This document shows, in pieces, positions 38,013 to 48,430 of a stretch of 64,000 nucleotides of DNA. Location of the stretch: the NCBI GenBank assembly GCA_945896675.1, contig CAMDEM010000003.1, positions 25,000 to 88,999 of the forward strand. Reading direction: 5' to 3'. How positions within the stretch are numbered: the first letter of the stretch is position 1; every line of letters starts with the position of its first letter. This stretch comes from Cyanobium sp. NIES-981. GTDB lineage: Bacteria; Cyanobacteriota; Cyanobacteriia; PCC-6307; Cyanobiaceae. The notes under the pieces are model-generated. The model ran no database searches. It saw only the letters and a list, made by a program, of their open reading frames with translations, and was not told where the DNA came from. The position numbers were made by a program, and so were the translations under genes.

Positions 38013-39263
38013 ATGACATCGTCCTCCCCATTCCCCCCGTCCCCATTTCCGGCGTCTCCCTCTCCGAGTACGCCACCACCGAGTCCCCCCTCCCCCCCGT
38101 CTCCCTTTCCGGCAACCCCTTCACCAGCGGCTCCTTCAGCGGCCCCGCCCTTGCCGGCCCGGCAATCCCACGGTCAGGAGGCTGCCATCGCTGGCCTAGC
38201 GGCAGGTCCCAGCCTCGAAGCGATTGTGCGCGAGGCCCACAGGCAGGGCTATTCCGATGTGCACCTCGGCGTGGGGGAAGGGCCCCGTTTTCGCTGCCGC
38301 GGCGACATCCAGCGGACGGAATGGCCCACCACCGATGCCGCCACCTTTGCCAGCTGGCTGAAGGAACTGCTCAGCCCCACCCAAATCGATAGCTTTCGCC
38401 GCGACAAGGAGTTCGACGGCTCCTTTGGCTTTGACTTCGTCAGGGTGCGAATCAACCTGCTGGAAACGTTGCTGGGGCCCGCCATGGTGCTGCGCCTGAT
38501 CCCACAAACGATCGCCAGCATCGAAGAGCTCGGCCTGCCCGAGGTCCTCCAGGAGATCTGCCAAAGGCCCAAGGGCCTGGTGCTGGTGACCGGACCCACC
38601 GGCTCAGGCAAAAGCACCACCCTGGCCGCCATGATTGACCACATCAACCGCACCATGGCCCGCCACATCCTCACGATCGAGGATCCGGTGGAATTTGTGC
38701 ACCACAGCCAACAATCCCTGATTCGCCAGAGGGAAGTGGGCCAGCACACCAAGGTGTTCGACCAGGCCCTTCGTGCTGCCTTGCGCGAAGACCCGGATGT
38801 GATCTTGATCGGCGAAATCCGCGACCAGGAGACCCTCACCACAGCCCTGGAAGCCTCCCAAACCGGTCACCTGGTGTTTGGCACCTTGCACACCAATTCC
38901 GCCGTTAAAACCGTGGAGCGGGTGCTGGGCATGGTGGCCCCCTCAGCCCAAACCAACCTGCGCCTGGCGCTCTCGGAATCCCTCCTCGCGGTGATCGCCC
39001 AAGGACTGGTGAAAACCACCGATGGCAAGAGGGCTGCCTTCCACGACATCCTGCTCAACAGTGATGCCTGCAAGGACTACATCCAGCGGGGCGAACTCGA
39101 GGAAATCGAAGCCATCATGGGCCGCAGCGCGTTTGAGGGGATGCGGACGGCCAACCAATCCCTGACGCTGCTCGTGGAAGCAGGCCGGGTCGACCCAAAC
39201 GATGCCCTCGCCCAGAGCATGAAGCCCAACGAACTCAGCCAGGCCCTCCGCGGGCGCCAATGA
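38013..39263 (+). CDS. pilT: type IV pilus PilT/PilU ATPase (PilT2-like)
   Basis: SDVHL, GPTGSGKST, TIEDPVE, LREDPDVILIGE, TGHLVFGTLH; Pro-rich N-terminus. Confidence 0.9.
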   Translation: MTSSSPFPPSPFPASPSPSTPPPSPPSPPSPFPATPSPAAPSAAPPLPARQSHGQEAAIAGLAAGPSLEAIVREAHRQGYSDVHLGVGEGPRFRCRGDIQRTEWPTTDAATFASWLKELLSPTQIDSFRRDKEFDGSFGFDFVRVRINLLETLLGPAMVLRLIPQTIASIEELGLPEVLQEICQRPKGLVLVTGPTGSGKSTTLAAMIDHINRTMARHILTIEDPVEFVHHSQQSLIRQREVGQHTKVFDQALRAALREDPDVILIGEIRDQETLTTALEASQTGHLVFGTLHTNSAVKTVERVLGMVAPSAQTNLRLALSESLLAVIAQGLVKTTDGKRAAFHDILLNSDACKDYIQRGELEEIEAIMGRSAFEGMRTANQSLTLLVEAGRVDPNDALAQSMKPNELSQALRGRQ

Positions 39264-39314
39264 TGCTCAGCAAGCTCCCTTGCATCAAGTCAGTCCCATC
39301 GCAGCAAGCCCGAT

Positions 39315-39575
39315 CTAGTGGCTGGCGATGCGAACCAGCAAGAGCACGCCGATCCCGACCGACAACCCAAGCATGGCCAGCCGGCCATTCCAAATTTCGG
39401 CCTGGGGAGTGATACCCCGGCGCCAGGCGTTGAGCTCGCTGGACGGCACGTCTTCCGTCCCAGCATCAAGCCCAGGATCGATGGCCAGATCGACCTTCTG
39501 AACGTTCCCTTGGGCGTTCCCTTGGGCGTTCACTTGAATGCTCTCTGAATCGATCTTTTGATCGAACTGGGTCAT
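39315..39575 (-). CDS. hli: high-light-inducible protein (Hli/SCP)
   Basis: AEIWNGRLAMLG chlorophyll-binding motif followed by one TM. Confidence 0.88.
   Translation of the reverse strand: MTQFDQKIDSESIQVNAQGNAQGNVQKVDLAIDPGLDAGTEDVPSSELNAWRRGITPQAEIWNGRLAMLGLSVGIGVLLLVRIASH
39503..39531. repeat. 12-bp tandem repeat (CGTTCCCTTGGG x2.4) inside hli
   Basis: encodes NAQG-NAQG-N. Confidence 0.85.
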
Positions 39576-39614
39576 CGCATTACACCGATGCCGTACCACG
39601 CCACCCTAGAGGGA

Positions 39615-40676
39615 TTAAAAGCAGGCTTGGGCTTGATAGAGGCGGCTGGCCTCCTCCAACGGCAGCCGGGGGGCTACGGCCAACTCCATGGAGCTCTGCA
39701 ATCCCGCCGAAAGCCTTTGGGCTGCCGCAACCCCGATCATGGCGGCGTTATCAGTGCAATAGGGCAGCGGTGCCACCCGCCAGTTGAGGCCATCGCGGTG
39801 ACAGCGTTCCTCCAGGAGCCTGCGCAACCGCTTGTTGGCCGCCACCCCGCCCACCAAGACAAGGGTTTCGAGGCCCTGTTGCTTGGCACAGGCGCAACTG
39901 CGCTCCACCAACACCTCAACCACCACCTGCTCAAAACTGGCGGCCAGGTCGGCCACCGGCAGGTTGTTGGATCCCAACAGCTGCTCCAGGGCACGCACCT
40001 GGCGAAGCATCGCTGTTTTGAGGCCACTAAAGCTGAAGTCATAGGGGTAGTAGCCCCCCTCAGGTTTTGAAACCCTGCCCTTGGGCAGGACAAATCGGCC
40101 CGGATCCCCGCCCTGGGCGGCCTGCTCAATGGCTGGGCCCCCGGGATAGCCCAGCTGGAGCAGCCTGGCCACCTTGTCGAAGGCCTCGCCGGCCGCATCG
40201 TCGTGGCTGCGCCCAAGCCTGGAATACACCCCCGGGCCATCGACCCGCAGGAGTTCGGTGTGCCCGCCACTGACCAACAGCACCAGGTAGGGACCTGGAG
40301 GCAAGGGGTCCCCCAGCTGGACCGAACAGAGATGCCCCTCCAGGTGATGCACCCCCAAAAAAGGTTTGCCGTGCAGGCGGGCCAAGGTGCGTCCGGTGAC
40401 GGACGCCACCAGCAAGGCACCCACCAGCCCCGGGGCAGCCGTTGCTGCGATCCCATCGAGATCCCCAGGTCCCAGGCCGCTGGCATGGCACACCTGGGCG
40501 ATCAGCTGGGGGAGGGCCTCCACATGGCGGCGGGATGCAATTTCCGGGACGACGCCACCCCAGCGGGCATGTTCCTCCACTTGGGAGGCAACGGCACTCG
40601 CCAAGACGGTCTGATCGCGCACAATCGCTGCCGCCGACTCGTCACAACTTGTTTCGAGGGCAAGAACGGTTGGCAT
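39615..40676 (-). CDS. tsaD: tRNA N6-threonylcarbamoyltransferase
   Basis: [53 protein letters not shown]. Confidence 0.97.
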   Translation of the reverse strand: MPTVLALETSCDESAAAIVRDQTVLASAVASQVEEHARWGGVVPEIASRRHVEALPQLIAQVCHASGLGPGDLDGIAATAAPGLVGALLVASVTGRTLARLHGKPFLGVHHLEGHLCSVQLGDPLPPGPYLVLLVSGGHTELLRVDGPGVYSRLGRSHDDAAGEAFDKVARLLQLGYPGGPAIEQAAQGGDPGRFVLPKGRVSKPEGGYYPYDFSFSGLKTAMLRQVRALEQLLGSNNLPVADLAASFEQVVVEVLVERSCACAKQQGLETLVLVGGVAANKRLRRLLEERCHRDGLNWRVAPLPYCTDNAAMIGVAAAQRLSAGLQSSMELAVAPRLPLEEASRLYQAQACF

Positions 40677-40737
40677 TCGTTTGGGCGGGCTCTCTTAGGG
40701 TCAGTCAGTGACATCTTGCCCCGCGGCCTTGCGTCCG

Positions 40738-41229
40738 ATGCGCCGTCTTTTTCCCCGTTTGTTCGCAGCTCTGCTGTCTGTCTTCCTGCTCGTTGGCTTC
40801 GCCCCCGTGGCCAAGGCAGATGTGGCTGGCCTTACCCCCTGTGCGGAAAGCGCTCGCTTCCAGCAGCGCGCTGCTGGGGCTAAAACCGACCAGGCCAAGG
40901 CCCGTTTCGCCATGTACAGCCAAGCTGTATGCGGCGCTGACGGCCTGCCCCACCTGATCGTTGATGGCCGCTGGAACCATGCCGGCGACTTCATGATCCC
41001 CGGTATCGCCTTCCTCTACATCGCCGGCTGCATTGGCTGGGCTGGTCGCAGTTACTTGACCGCGATCCGCAACGACAAGGACGCGACCATGAAAGAGATC
41101 CAGATTGATGTTCCCCTTGCCCTGAAGAGCACCATTGCAGCAGCCACCTGGCCGCTTGCGGCTCTCAATGAATTGAGGAACGGCAAGTTGCTTGAGGACG
41201 ACAACAAGGTGACCGTTTCGCCCCGCTGA
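40738..41229 (+). CDS. psaF: photosystem I subunit III
   Basis: [40 protein letters not shown]. Confidence 0.97.
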   Translation: MRRLFPRLFAALLSVFLLVGFAPVAKADVAGLTPCAESARFQQRAAGAKTDQAKARFAMYSQAVCGADGLPHLIVDGRWNHAGDFMIPGIAFLYIAGCIGWAGRSYLTAIRNDKDATMKEIQIDVPLALKSTIAAATWPLAALNELRNGKLLEDDNKVTVSPR

Positions 41230-41280
41230 ACCCCAGCCCGTCGATTCCTCCCCCCTTTCCCACGCATTGCGTTCTGAGTC

Positions 41281-41397
41281 ATGAAAAAGTTCCTCACCAC
41301 CGCTCCTGTTTTTGCAGCGCTCTGGTTTTCCGTTACCGCCGGAATCCTGATCGAATTCAACCGTTTTTATCCCGATCTCCTGTTCCACCCCATGTGA
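41281..41397 (+). CDS. psaJ: photosystem I subunit IX (not in ORF track)
   Basis: translates [38 protein letters not shown]. Confidence 0.97.
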   Translation: MKKFLTTAPVFAALWFSVTAGILIEFNRFYPDLLFHPM

Positions 41398-41438
41398 TCT
41401 GGATTAGCCAATCCATCCGGATTGAGCGACCAACAGCG

Positions 41439-41464
41439 AAGCGGCCCCTCGGGCCGCTTTTTTT
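41439..41464 (+). terminator. intrinsic terminator of psaFJ
   Basis: AAGCGGCCC-CTC-GGGCCGCTT followed by T tract. Confidence 0.88.
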
Positions 41465-41500
41465 GTGGCGCCAATGGCCCAGTGGCGCCCCAATCTGGAT

Positions 41501-42061
41501 CTAAAGGCCCATCAAGCGTTCGAACTCATCGAGGGCCGTCTCCAGGTCCCCATTCACCAGGGCGGCATCGAACTCCGCCTCCGCCTCCAGCTCCACGCGG
41601 GCACGGCCAAGGCGCTTACGGATCGCCTCCTCGCTGTCGGTTCCCCGGCCCCGGATGCGCCGCTCGAGCTCCTCAAAGGAGGGCGGCTTGAGGAAAACCT
41701 GGAATCCGGCTGGAAAGCTTTGGCGCACCTGGCGAGCCCCCTCCAGTTCAATTTCCAACAGCACCGGACGGCCCAGGGCGAGGGAGTCCTCCACGGGTTT
41801 GCGGGGCGTGCCGTAGAGATTGCCGGCAAATTCGGCCCACTCCAAAAAGCCGCCTGCAGCCACTTGCTGCTCAAAGGACTCTCGACTCAAAAAAAAGTAA
41901 TGCTGACCATCCACTTCGCCGGCCCGGGGGCTGCGGGTGGTAGCAGAAATCGACAGCCAGATCTCGGGGTGCTTCGCCAGGAGCTGCGCCACCAGGGTGC
42001 CCTTGCCCACGCCACTGGGACCCGTGATCAAGGTGAGGCGGCCGGGAACGGCGTCGACCAT
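41501..42061 (-). CDS. gmk: guanylate kinase
   Basis: [38 protein letters not shown]. Confidence 0.96.
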   Translation of the reverse strand: MVDAVPGRLTLITGPSGVGKGTLVAQLLAKHPEIWLSISATTRSPRAGEVDGQHYFFLSRESFEQQVAAGGFLEWAEFAGNLYGTPRKPVEDSLALGRPVLLEIELEGARQVRQSFPAGFQVFLKPPSFEELERRIRGRGTDSEEAIRKRLGRARVELEAEAEFDAALVNGDLETALDEFERLMGL

Positions 42062-42121
42062 GGCAGGCAACAGGTTGGGGCTGCAGAGTAGAAGCCAGCA
42101 TTGAAGGCCTTCGCCCTAGCC

Positions 42122-43813
42122 ATGGACCGCGCGCAGCCCCAGGCTCGCTTGCAACCAATGGATGTAACCAGCCTCAAGGCTGTGCTCAGTGAATGGCGCA
42201 GCCATCTCCTGCCCAGCCGCTTTGAGAAGGCCCAACAGGCCACTCCCCACAGCATCCAGATAGGGCTACGCAGCCTGGAGGGAATCCATTGGCTGGAACT
42301 GAGTTGGCAGGCCGAGGCAGCCAGGGTTCATAGCGTGGCCGCCCCACCCCGCCTCGGGGATGGCAGCACCCTGGCCCAGCAGCTGCAGCACAGCCTGCGG
42401 GGCCTGGCCCTGGGCTCCATCTCCCAGGCCGGCTGGGAGCGGGTGGTGGAACTGGGATTTTCCCGGCGCCCCGGCGAGGCCATTGAACGCACCCTGGTGG
42501 TGGAATTGATGGGGCGGCACAGCAATCTGCTGCTACTGGATCAAACCAGGCAGGCGATCGCCCTGGCCCGCCAGGTGAAACCCCAGCAATCAAGGCTGCG
42601 GCCGATTGGCACCGGCGACCCCTACCAACCACCGCCCCCCCTGACCGGGGAACCACCCCAAAGCGGCGAAACCATGGCCAGCTGGCAGGGGCGCCTCAGC
42701 CTGTTGCCCCTCCCCCTTGGCAAAGCCCTCGCCAGCGCCTACCAGGGGATGAGTCCGGCCCTAATCCAGCAGCTGCTCCCCGCCGACTGGCAGGGCTTGG
42801 CAGTGGAGGAGCTCGCAGCAAGCCAATGGCACCAGCTTTGGCAGCGCTGGCAGAGCTGGCTCGGGTGCGTTGAAGCCGAAGGCTTTGCTTGGCAGCAAAA
42901 TGGCGGCGGCTACCGCTGCTGGCCGGCCCTCACCAGCCCCGAGAAAGCGCCCCTGGCGATTAACCAAGCCATGGCGGCCTACTACGGCAACCATCTGGAT
43001 CAACAACGGCTGGCCCAGCGGCGCCACCAGTTGGGTCAAACCTTGCAGCGCGCCGCCGAGCGGGAGGCCCGCGAGGCCCAGGCCCAGCAGGCCCTGTTGG
43101 AGGCGGTACCCGAAAGCGACACCATGCAGCAGCAGGCCGACGCCCTCCTGAGCCAGCGGCAACCCAGCCGCCAATGCGTAGACACGGCCCAGAAGCTCTA
43201 CAAGCGGGCCCGCAAATTGCGCCGCTCGGTGGCAGCGATCACGCCGCGGCTCGAACTCCACCACCAGCGGCTGGCCGCCCTAGAAAACAGTCTCACCTTC
43301 TTGGAGCAGGCCAGCACCATCCCAGAGATCGAAGGGCTTCACCATGAACTCCAGGGGCTCCTTGGCAGCGGCAGCAAGAAGCCCAAGGCCCTACCCAGTC
43401 GCCGTGATCGGAAACTGGGGGAGCCGGCCCAACCCGAGCCCCTGCAAGTGCAAAGCCTCGGGGGCCTGGCCGTGCAGGTGGGCCGCAACCACCGCCAGAA
43501 CGAGTGGATTTCGTTTAAGCAAGCCCGCCGCGGCGACCTTTGGTTCCATGCCCAAGAACTGCCAGGTAGCCATGTGGTGCTCAAGGCTTCCGAAGGGATG
43601 GCGACTGACGAAGATCTCCAAACAGCCGCCGATCTGGCGGCCCATTTCAGCCGCGGCAGGGGCAACAGCCGGGTGCCCGTGGTGATGGTTCCGATTGAGG
43701 CCCTCCAGCGCATCCCTGGCGCCGCCCCCGGCACCGTGCGCCATCGCCAGGCGGAACAACTCTGGGGTGAACCAGGAAGGGCCCTTAGCCTCCTTGCAGC
43801 GCAGAAGCCATGA
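42122..43813 (+). CDS. NFACT / RqcH (FbpA) family protein
   Basis: MD, ERVV, ELMGRHSN, VGRNHRQNE, WFHAQELPGSHV, AAHFS. Confidence 0.9.
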   Translation: MDRAQPQARLQPMDVTSLKAVLSEWRSHLLPSRFEKAQQATPHSIQIGLRSLEGIHWLELSWQAEAARVHSVAAPPRLGDGSTLAQQLQHSLRGLALGSISQAGWERVVELGFSRRPGEAIERTLVVELMGRHSNLLLLDQTRQAIALARQVKPQQSRLRPIGTGDPYQPPPPLTGEPPQSGETMASWQGRLSLLPLPLGKALASAYQGMSPALIQQLLPADWQGLAVEELAASQWHQLWQRWQSWLGCVEAEGFAWQQNGGGYRCWPALTSPEKAPLAINQAMAAYYGNHLDQQRLAQRRHQLGQTLQRAAEREAREAQAQQALLEAVPESDTMQQQADALLSQRQPSRQCVDTAQKLYKRARKLRRSVAAITPRLELHHQRLAALENSLTFLEQASTIPEIEGLHHELQGLLGSGSKKPKALPSRRDRKLGEPAQPEPLQVQSLGGLAVQVGRNHRQNEWISFKQARRGDLWFHAQELPGSHVVLKASEGMATDEDLQTAADLAAHFSRGRGNSRVPVVMVPIEALQRIPGAAPGTVRHRQAEQLWGEPGRALSLLAAQKP

Positions 43814-44619
43814 CCACGCCCCTGCCCCCACCGCCACCCATTCGGATTGCCATGCCCGAACCGGAAGGCGCCGATCCCAGCAGCGACTTCCCCGGGGAAG
43901 TGGAGATGACCCTGGTGGATCACCTGGACGAATTGCGCAACCGGGTGCTTCGGAGCCTGCTGGCCGTGGTCCTTGGGGCCGCCGCCTGCCTGGTGTTTGT
44001 CAAACCCCTGGTCAAGCTGCTGGAGGTGCCCGCCCACGGCATCCGTTTTCTGCAACTGGCCCCTGGGGAGTTCCTGTTTGTCTCGATCAAGGTGGCTGGC
44101 TATGCCGGCCTCACCCTGGCCCTGCCCTACGTGCTCTACGAAGTGCTGGCCTTCGTACTGCCCGGCCTGACGCGCCAAGAACGGCGTCTGGTGGCACCGG
44201 CTGTCGCCGGCTCGGCCCTGCTATTCGCCGCCGGGCTGGCCTTTGCCTGGTGGGCGCTGGTGCCGGCCGCCTTGGCGTTTTTGGTCAACTACGGCGCCGA
44301 TGTGGTGGAACCGAGCTGGTCCATTGAGCGCTATCTCGACTTTGTCCTTCTGCTGATGGTGGCTACAGCCCTGGCCTTCCAACTGCCGGTGCTCCAGCTG
44401 CTGCTTGGGGCCCTTGGGCTGATCAAAGCCCGCAGCATGCTGGCGGCCTGGCGCTGGGTGGTGGTACTTGCGGCCATCGCGGGTGCCGTTCTCACGCCAT
44501 CCACCGATCCAGTCACCATGTTGCTGCTCTCAGGCGCCATTACCGCCCTGTTTTTGCTGGGCGTGGCCCTCGTGGCCCTGGCGGAGCGGCTCAAACCCAG
44601 CAGCGCCCCAGTCGCCTAG
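43810..44619 (+). CDS. tatC: Tat translocase subunit C
   Basis: MTLVDHLDELR, APGEF, FVLPGL, FQLP, TPSTDP. Confidence 0.95.
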   Translation: MTTPLPPPPPIRIAMPEPEGADPSSDFPGEVEMTLVDHLDELRNRVLRSLLAVVLGAAACLVFVKPLVKLLEVPAHGIRFLQLAPGEFLFVSIKVAGYAGLTLALPYVLYEVLAFVLPGLTRQERRLVAPAVAGSALLFAAGLAFAWWALVPAALAFLVNYGADVVEPSWSIERYLDFVLLLMVATALAFQLPVLQLLLGALGLIKARSMLAAWRWVVVLAAIAGAVLTPSTDPVTMLLLSGAITALFLLGVALVALAERLKPSSAPVA

Positions 44620-44649
44620 GCCAGCCCAACCGAACTCCTACCCAGGGAA

Positions 44650-45021
44650 CTAGAGCAAAAACTCACTGGCCCGTTCGGGGGGGATCTCCAGGGGCAAGGT
44701 CATGGCCCGGCCGAGTCGAGGTTTATCCGCTGTGGTGAGCAGCCATTGGCGCACCTGGGCGGCTACCCCGAGGCCATTGAGCAAGCCCACTAACTCCTCG
44801 AGCTTGAGCCGATAGGCCTCAGGTCCGAGGGGAAACGACTGCTGCTCCAAATACGCCCACATCACCTGGATGTGAAAACGGCCTTGGCGCTTCACCAGTT
44901 GCAGGTCGTAGGTGGCCTGCCAGCGTTGGCGCAGGATCGCGATAAGCTCGTCCGCTGAAAGCGCCTGTCCTGGAAGGGATTCACCGTCTTCGTCGGGCAA
45001 TTTGGGGCCGGCAATGGCCAC
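44650..45021 (-). CDS. DUF3067 family protein
   Basis: [30 protein letters not shown]; start uncertain (45021 GTG or 45108 ATG). Confidence 0.8.
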   Translation of the reverse strand: MAIAGPKLPDEDGESLPGQALSADELIAILRQRWQATYDLQLVKRQGRFHIQVMWAYLEQQSFPLGPEAYRLKLEELVGLLNGLGVAAQVRQWLLTTADKPRLGRAMTLPLEIPPERASEFLL

Positions 45022-45147
45022 GGCAAGGGAATCAATTCCACAACAGCATGTTTCAGCCCTGGGGCAAGGGCCGAAGACAGCCCTCGCCCCTGCAAAGCCA
45101 AGGTTCATAATGGGCGCCACGTTGCTGTGGCTCCAAAGCCGCCCCGT

Positions 45148-45696
45148 ATGACCCAGATGCCAGCGAGCGCTTCGAACAGTGATGTGCCTGGGATGGGCCG
45201 TCGCCAGTTCATGAACCTGCTGACCTTCGGGTCCGTCACAGGGGTGGCCATGGGTGCGCTCTACCCAGTGGTGAACTACTTCATTCCCCCCAAGGCCGCC
45301 GGCGGCGGCGGCGGCACAACCGCCAAGGATGAACTGGGCAATGTCGTCACTGCCACCGGTTGGCTGACGACCCATAAAGAAGGCGATCGCAGCCTGGTTC
45401 AGGGCCTGAAAGGTGATCCCACCTACCTGATCGTGGAGGGCTCCGACGCCATCGGCAGCTACGGCATCAATGCCATCTGCACCCACCTGGGCTGCGTGGT
45501 GCCCTGGAACAGTGGCGCCAACAAGTTCATGTGCCCCTGCCACGGTTCCCAGTACGACACCACCGGCAAGGTGGTGCGTGGCCCCGCGCCCCTTTCCCTG
45601 GCCCTGGCCCAGGTAGCCGTTGACAACGACACCGTGTTCCTCAGCCAGTGGACCGAAACAGATTTCCGCACCGGCGAGAAGCCCTGGTGGGCCTGA
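45148..45696 (+). CDS. petC: cytochrome b6f Rieske iron-sulfur subunit
   Basis: Tat [23 protein letters not shown]. Confidence 0.97.
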   Translation: MTQMPASASNSDVPGMGRRQFMNLLTFGSVTGVAMGALYPVVNYFIPPKAAGGGGGTTAKDELGNVVTATGWLTTHKEGDRSLVQGLKGDPTYLIVEGSDAIGSYGINAICTHLGCVVPWNSGANKFMCPCHGSQYDTTGKVVRGPAPLSLALAQVAVDNDTVFLSQWTETDFRTGEKPWWA

Positions 45697-45734
45697 TGAC
45701 TGTCTCTCTCCCCCCCTGCCGCCTGCTCACCGTG

Positions 45735-46667
45735 ATGCGTCGTCCCTTTTCTCTCCTGCTGGGTTCCCTTCTCGGCCTCACCGTTCTGTTGATCGGTGCA
45801 ACCCCAAGCTGGGCCTATCCCTTCTGGGCCCAACAGAACTACGCCAGCCCCCGCGAAGCCACCGGCAAGCTCGTCTGCGCGAACTGTCACCTGGCAAAGA
45901 AGGCAACCCACGTGGAAGTGCCCCAGGCGGTCTTCCCCGACACGGTCTTTAAGGCTGTCGTTGAAATTCCCTACGACACCTCGATCCAGCAGGTGTCCGG
46001 CGATGGCAGCCCCACGGGCCTGAATGTGGGTGCTGTGGTGATGCTTCCTGAAGGTTTCACCCTGGCTCCCCAAGATCGCTTAAGCGATGAGCTCAAGGAA
46101 GAAACAGCTGGAATTTTCTACACCCAGTACTCCGACGACCAACCCAACATTCTCTTGGTGGGTCCGCTTCCTGGTGATCAGCACCAGGAAATCGTCTTCC
46201 CAATTCTCTCTCCCGATCCGGCCACCGATCGCTCGATCCACTTCGGCAAATCCCAGCTCCACGTGGGCGGTAACCGCGGCCGCGGCCAGGTCTATCCCAC
46301 CGGTGAGAAGAGCAACAACGGTGTTTTCACAGCCCCCGCTGCTGGCAAGGTGAGCGCAATCACCCCTGGGGACAACGGTGTCTCGGTGGTGGAGATCACC
46401 GCTGACGACGGCACCACCGTGAGCGAGACCGTGCCCGCTGGCCCCACCTTGCTTGTTGCCGTTGGTGATGTGGTCGCCGCCGGCGCTGCCCTCACCAACG
46501 ATCCCAACGTGGGCGGCTTCGGCCAACTCGATGCCGAGATCGTGTTGCAAAACCCTGTGCGTATCTACGGTCTGCTGGCCTTCTTTGCCGCCATCGCCCT
46601 TGCCCAAATCATGCTGGTGCTCAAGAAGCGCCAGGTTGAGAAGGTGCAAGCAGCCGAGGGCATTTGA
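45735..46667 (+). CDS. petA: apocytochrome f
   Basis: [33 protein letters not shown]-like [10 protein letters not shown]-terminal TM. Confidence 0.97.
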   Translation: MRRPFSLLLGSLLGLTVLLIGATPSWAYPFWAQQNYASPREATGKLVCANCHLAKKATHVEVPQAVFPDTVFKAVVEIPYDTSIQQVSGDGSPTGLNVGAVVMLPEGFTLAPQDRLSDELKEETAGIFYTQYSDDQPNILLVGPLPGDQHQEIVFPILSPDPATDRSIHFGKSQLHVGGNRGRGQVYPTGEKSNNGVFTAPAAGKVSAITPGDNGVSVVEITADDGTTVSETVPAGPTLLVAVGDVVAAGAALTNDPNVGGFGQLDAEIVLQNPVRIYGLLAFFAAIALAQIMLVLKKRQVEKVQAAEGI

Positions 46668-47521
46668 GTCCGGCCCTGGCCTTTGCTTCTCCGGGGCCCC
46701 TGGTTTTCCAGCTGGGCCCCTTTGCTTTGCGCTGGTATGGCCTGCTCATAGCCCTGGCCGTTCTGAGCGGCCTAGCCCTGGCCACCCGATTGGGCAAGGC
46801 CCGGGGCATTGCGCCTGCACTCATTGCCGACCTATTGCCTGTCCTGGTACTCGGGGCCGTGATTGGGGCCAGAGCTTATTACGTGGCCCTGGAATGGCGC
46901 CAATACGCGGGCAATTGGCCAGAAGCCCTCGCTATTTGGCATGGCGGGATCGCCATCCATGGGGCGCTCCTGGGCGGCAGCATCGCCACGTTGCTCTATT
47001 GCCGCAGGCGGAAACTGGCCTTTTGGCCCCTGCTTGATGTCTTAATGCCTGCCGTGGCCTTAGGGCAAGCCATTGGACGCTGGGGCAACTTCTTCAATTC
47101 CGAGGCCTTTGGTCTCCCCACCGATTTGCCCTGGAAGCTCACCATTCCCTTCGCCAATCGGCCCAGCCCATTTCTGGATCAAACAAGCTTCCATCCCACC
47201 TTCCTGTACGAATCCCTTTGGAATCTCGGGGTCTGCGTCCTGTTGCTACTGCTGTTTCGCGCTGCCAGCCGCGGCAGGATTCAGTTGCTGCCAGGGGCCC
47301 TGAGCTGCGTTTACTTGATGGCCTACAGCACCGGCAGGGTGTGGATCGAGGGCCTACGGATTGATCCACTGTGCCTGTTCTCCGAACCCCCCTTTTGCAG
47401 CGGAGGTCTCCGCATGGCCCAGGTGGTGAGTCTGCTGTTGATCGTCCTGGGGGGCCTGGGCCTGTGGTGGCTCTATGGCCGTCAACGCGCCTTGCCCGAT
47501 CCCAGTGGACTGACCACCTAG
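46664..47521 (+). CDS. lgt: prolipoprotein diacylglyceryl transferase
   Basis: [37 protein letters not shown]. Confidence 0.95.
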   Translation: MSPALAFASPGPLVFQLGPFALRWYGLLIALAVLSGLALATRLGKARGIAPALIADLLPVLVLGAVIGARAYYVALEWRQYAGNWPEALAIWHGGIAIHGALLGGSIATLLYCRRRKLAFWPLLDVLMPAVALGQAIGRWGNFFNSEAFGLPTDLPWKLTIPFANRPSPFLDQTSFHPTFLYESLWNLGVCVLLLLLFRAASRGRIQLLPGALSCVYLMAYSTGRVWIEGLRIDPLCLFSEPPFCSGGLRMAQVVSLLLIVLGGLGLWWLYGRQRALPDPSGLTT

Positions 47522-47579
47522 GCGGTTGTCGCCTAACCCAATCACCCTCGCCGCCATGGGCCCAACCGCCAGCTTGACC

Positions 47580-48401
47580 ATGTCTTCCAACCTCACTAAC
47601 GAGGCCCAGCTCCCTAACCCTGCCCCCCTCCCCGACCCGGACCCCGTCACCGTTTGGATCGTGGGTGCGGGTCCTGGCGCCCCTGATCTGCTCACCCTGC
47701 GGGCGGCGAAGGCGATCGAGCAGGCGGATGTGCTCGTTTGGACCGACTCCCTGATCAATCCGCAAATTGCGGCCCTCGCCCCAGCGACGTGCGAATCCAT
47801 CCGCACCAGCACCCTCACCCTGGAAGAGGTGATGGCCGTGATCGTGGAACGGGCTGGGGCAGGCAAAACGGTGGTACGCCTCCATGACGGCGACCCCTGC
47901 CTCTACGGCGCCACGGCCGAGCAAATCTGTCGTCTTGCCGATGCTGGCCTCAGCGTGGAGGTGGTCCCAGGGCTCAGCGCCTATCAGGCCACGGCTTCGG
48001 CCCTCCAGAGCGAACTGACCATCCCTGGACTGGTGCAAACCATCGTGCTGAGCCGGGCCGGTGGCCGCACCGGGGTGCCGGAAACCGAATCCCTCGCCAA
48101 GCTGGCTGCCCTGAAGGCGTCCCTCTGCCTCTATCTCAGCGCCAGGCACGTGGAGGAGGTCCAGGCCGAACTGCTCGAGCACTATCCCCCGGAAACCCCG
48201 GTGGCGATTGGCTATCGGGTCAGCTGGCCCGATCAATGGCTCGCGGTGGTGCCCCTCAAGGAGATGGCCCATGTGAGTCGCGAGCGCGATTTAATCCGCA
48301 CCACCCTCTACATCGTGAGTCCGGCCTTGGCTGCCCCTATGGAGGCCCGCTCAAAGCTGTATTCCGCCAGCCACAACCACCTGTTTCGCGGCGGGATTTA
48401 G
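47580..48401 (+). CDS. cobM: precorrin-4 C11-methyltransferase
   Basis: VGAGPGAPDLLT, RLHDGDP, VPGLS, ELTIPGLVQT, SWPD. Confidence 0.92.
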   Translation: MSSNLTNEAQLPNPAPLPDPDPVTVWIVGAGPGAPDLLTLRAAKAIEQADVLVWTDSLINPQIAALAPATCESIRTSTLTLEEVMAVIVERAGAGKTVVRLHDGDPCLYGATAEQICRLADAGLSVEVVPGLSAYQATASALQSELTIPGLVQTIVLSRAGGRTGVPETESLAKLAALKASLCLYLSARHVEEVQAELLEHYPPETPVAIGYRVSWPDQWLAVVPLKEMAHVSRERDLIRTTLYIVSPALAAPMEARSKLYSASHNHLFRGGI

Positions 48402-48430
48402 ATCAAGGCCCTGGGATCAATACCTGGGAT

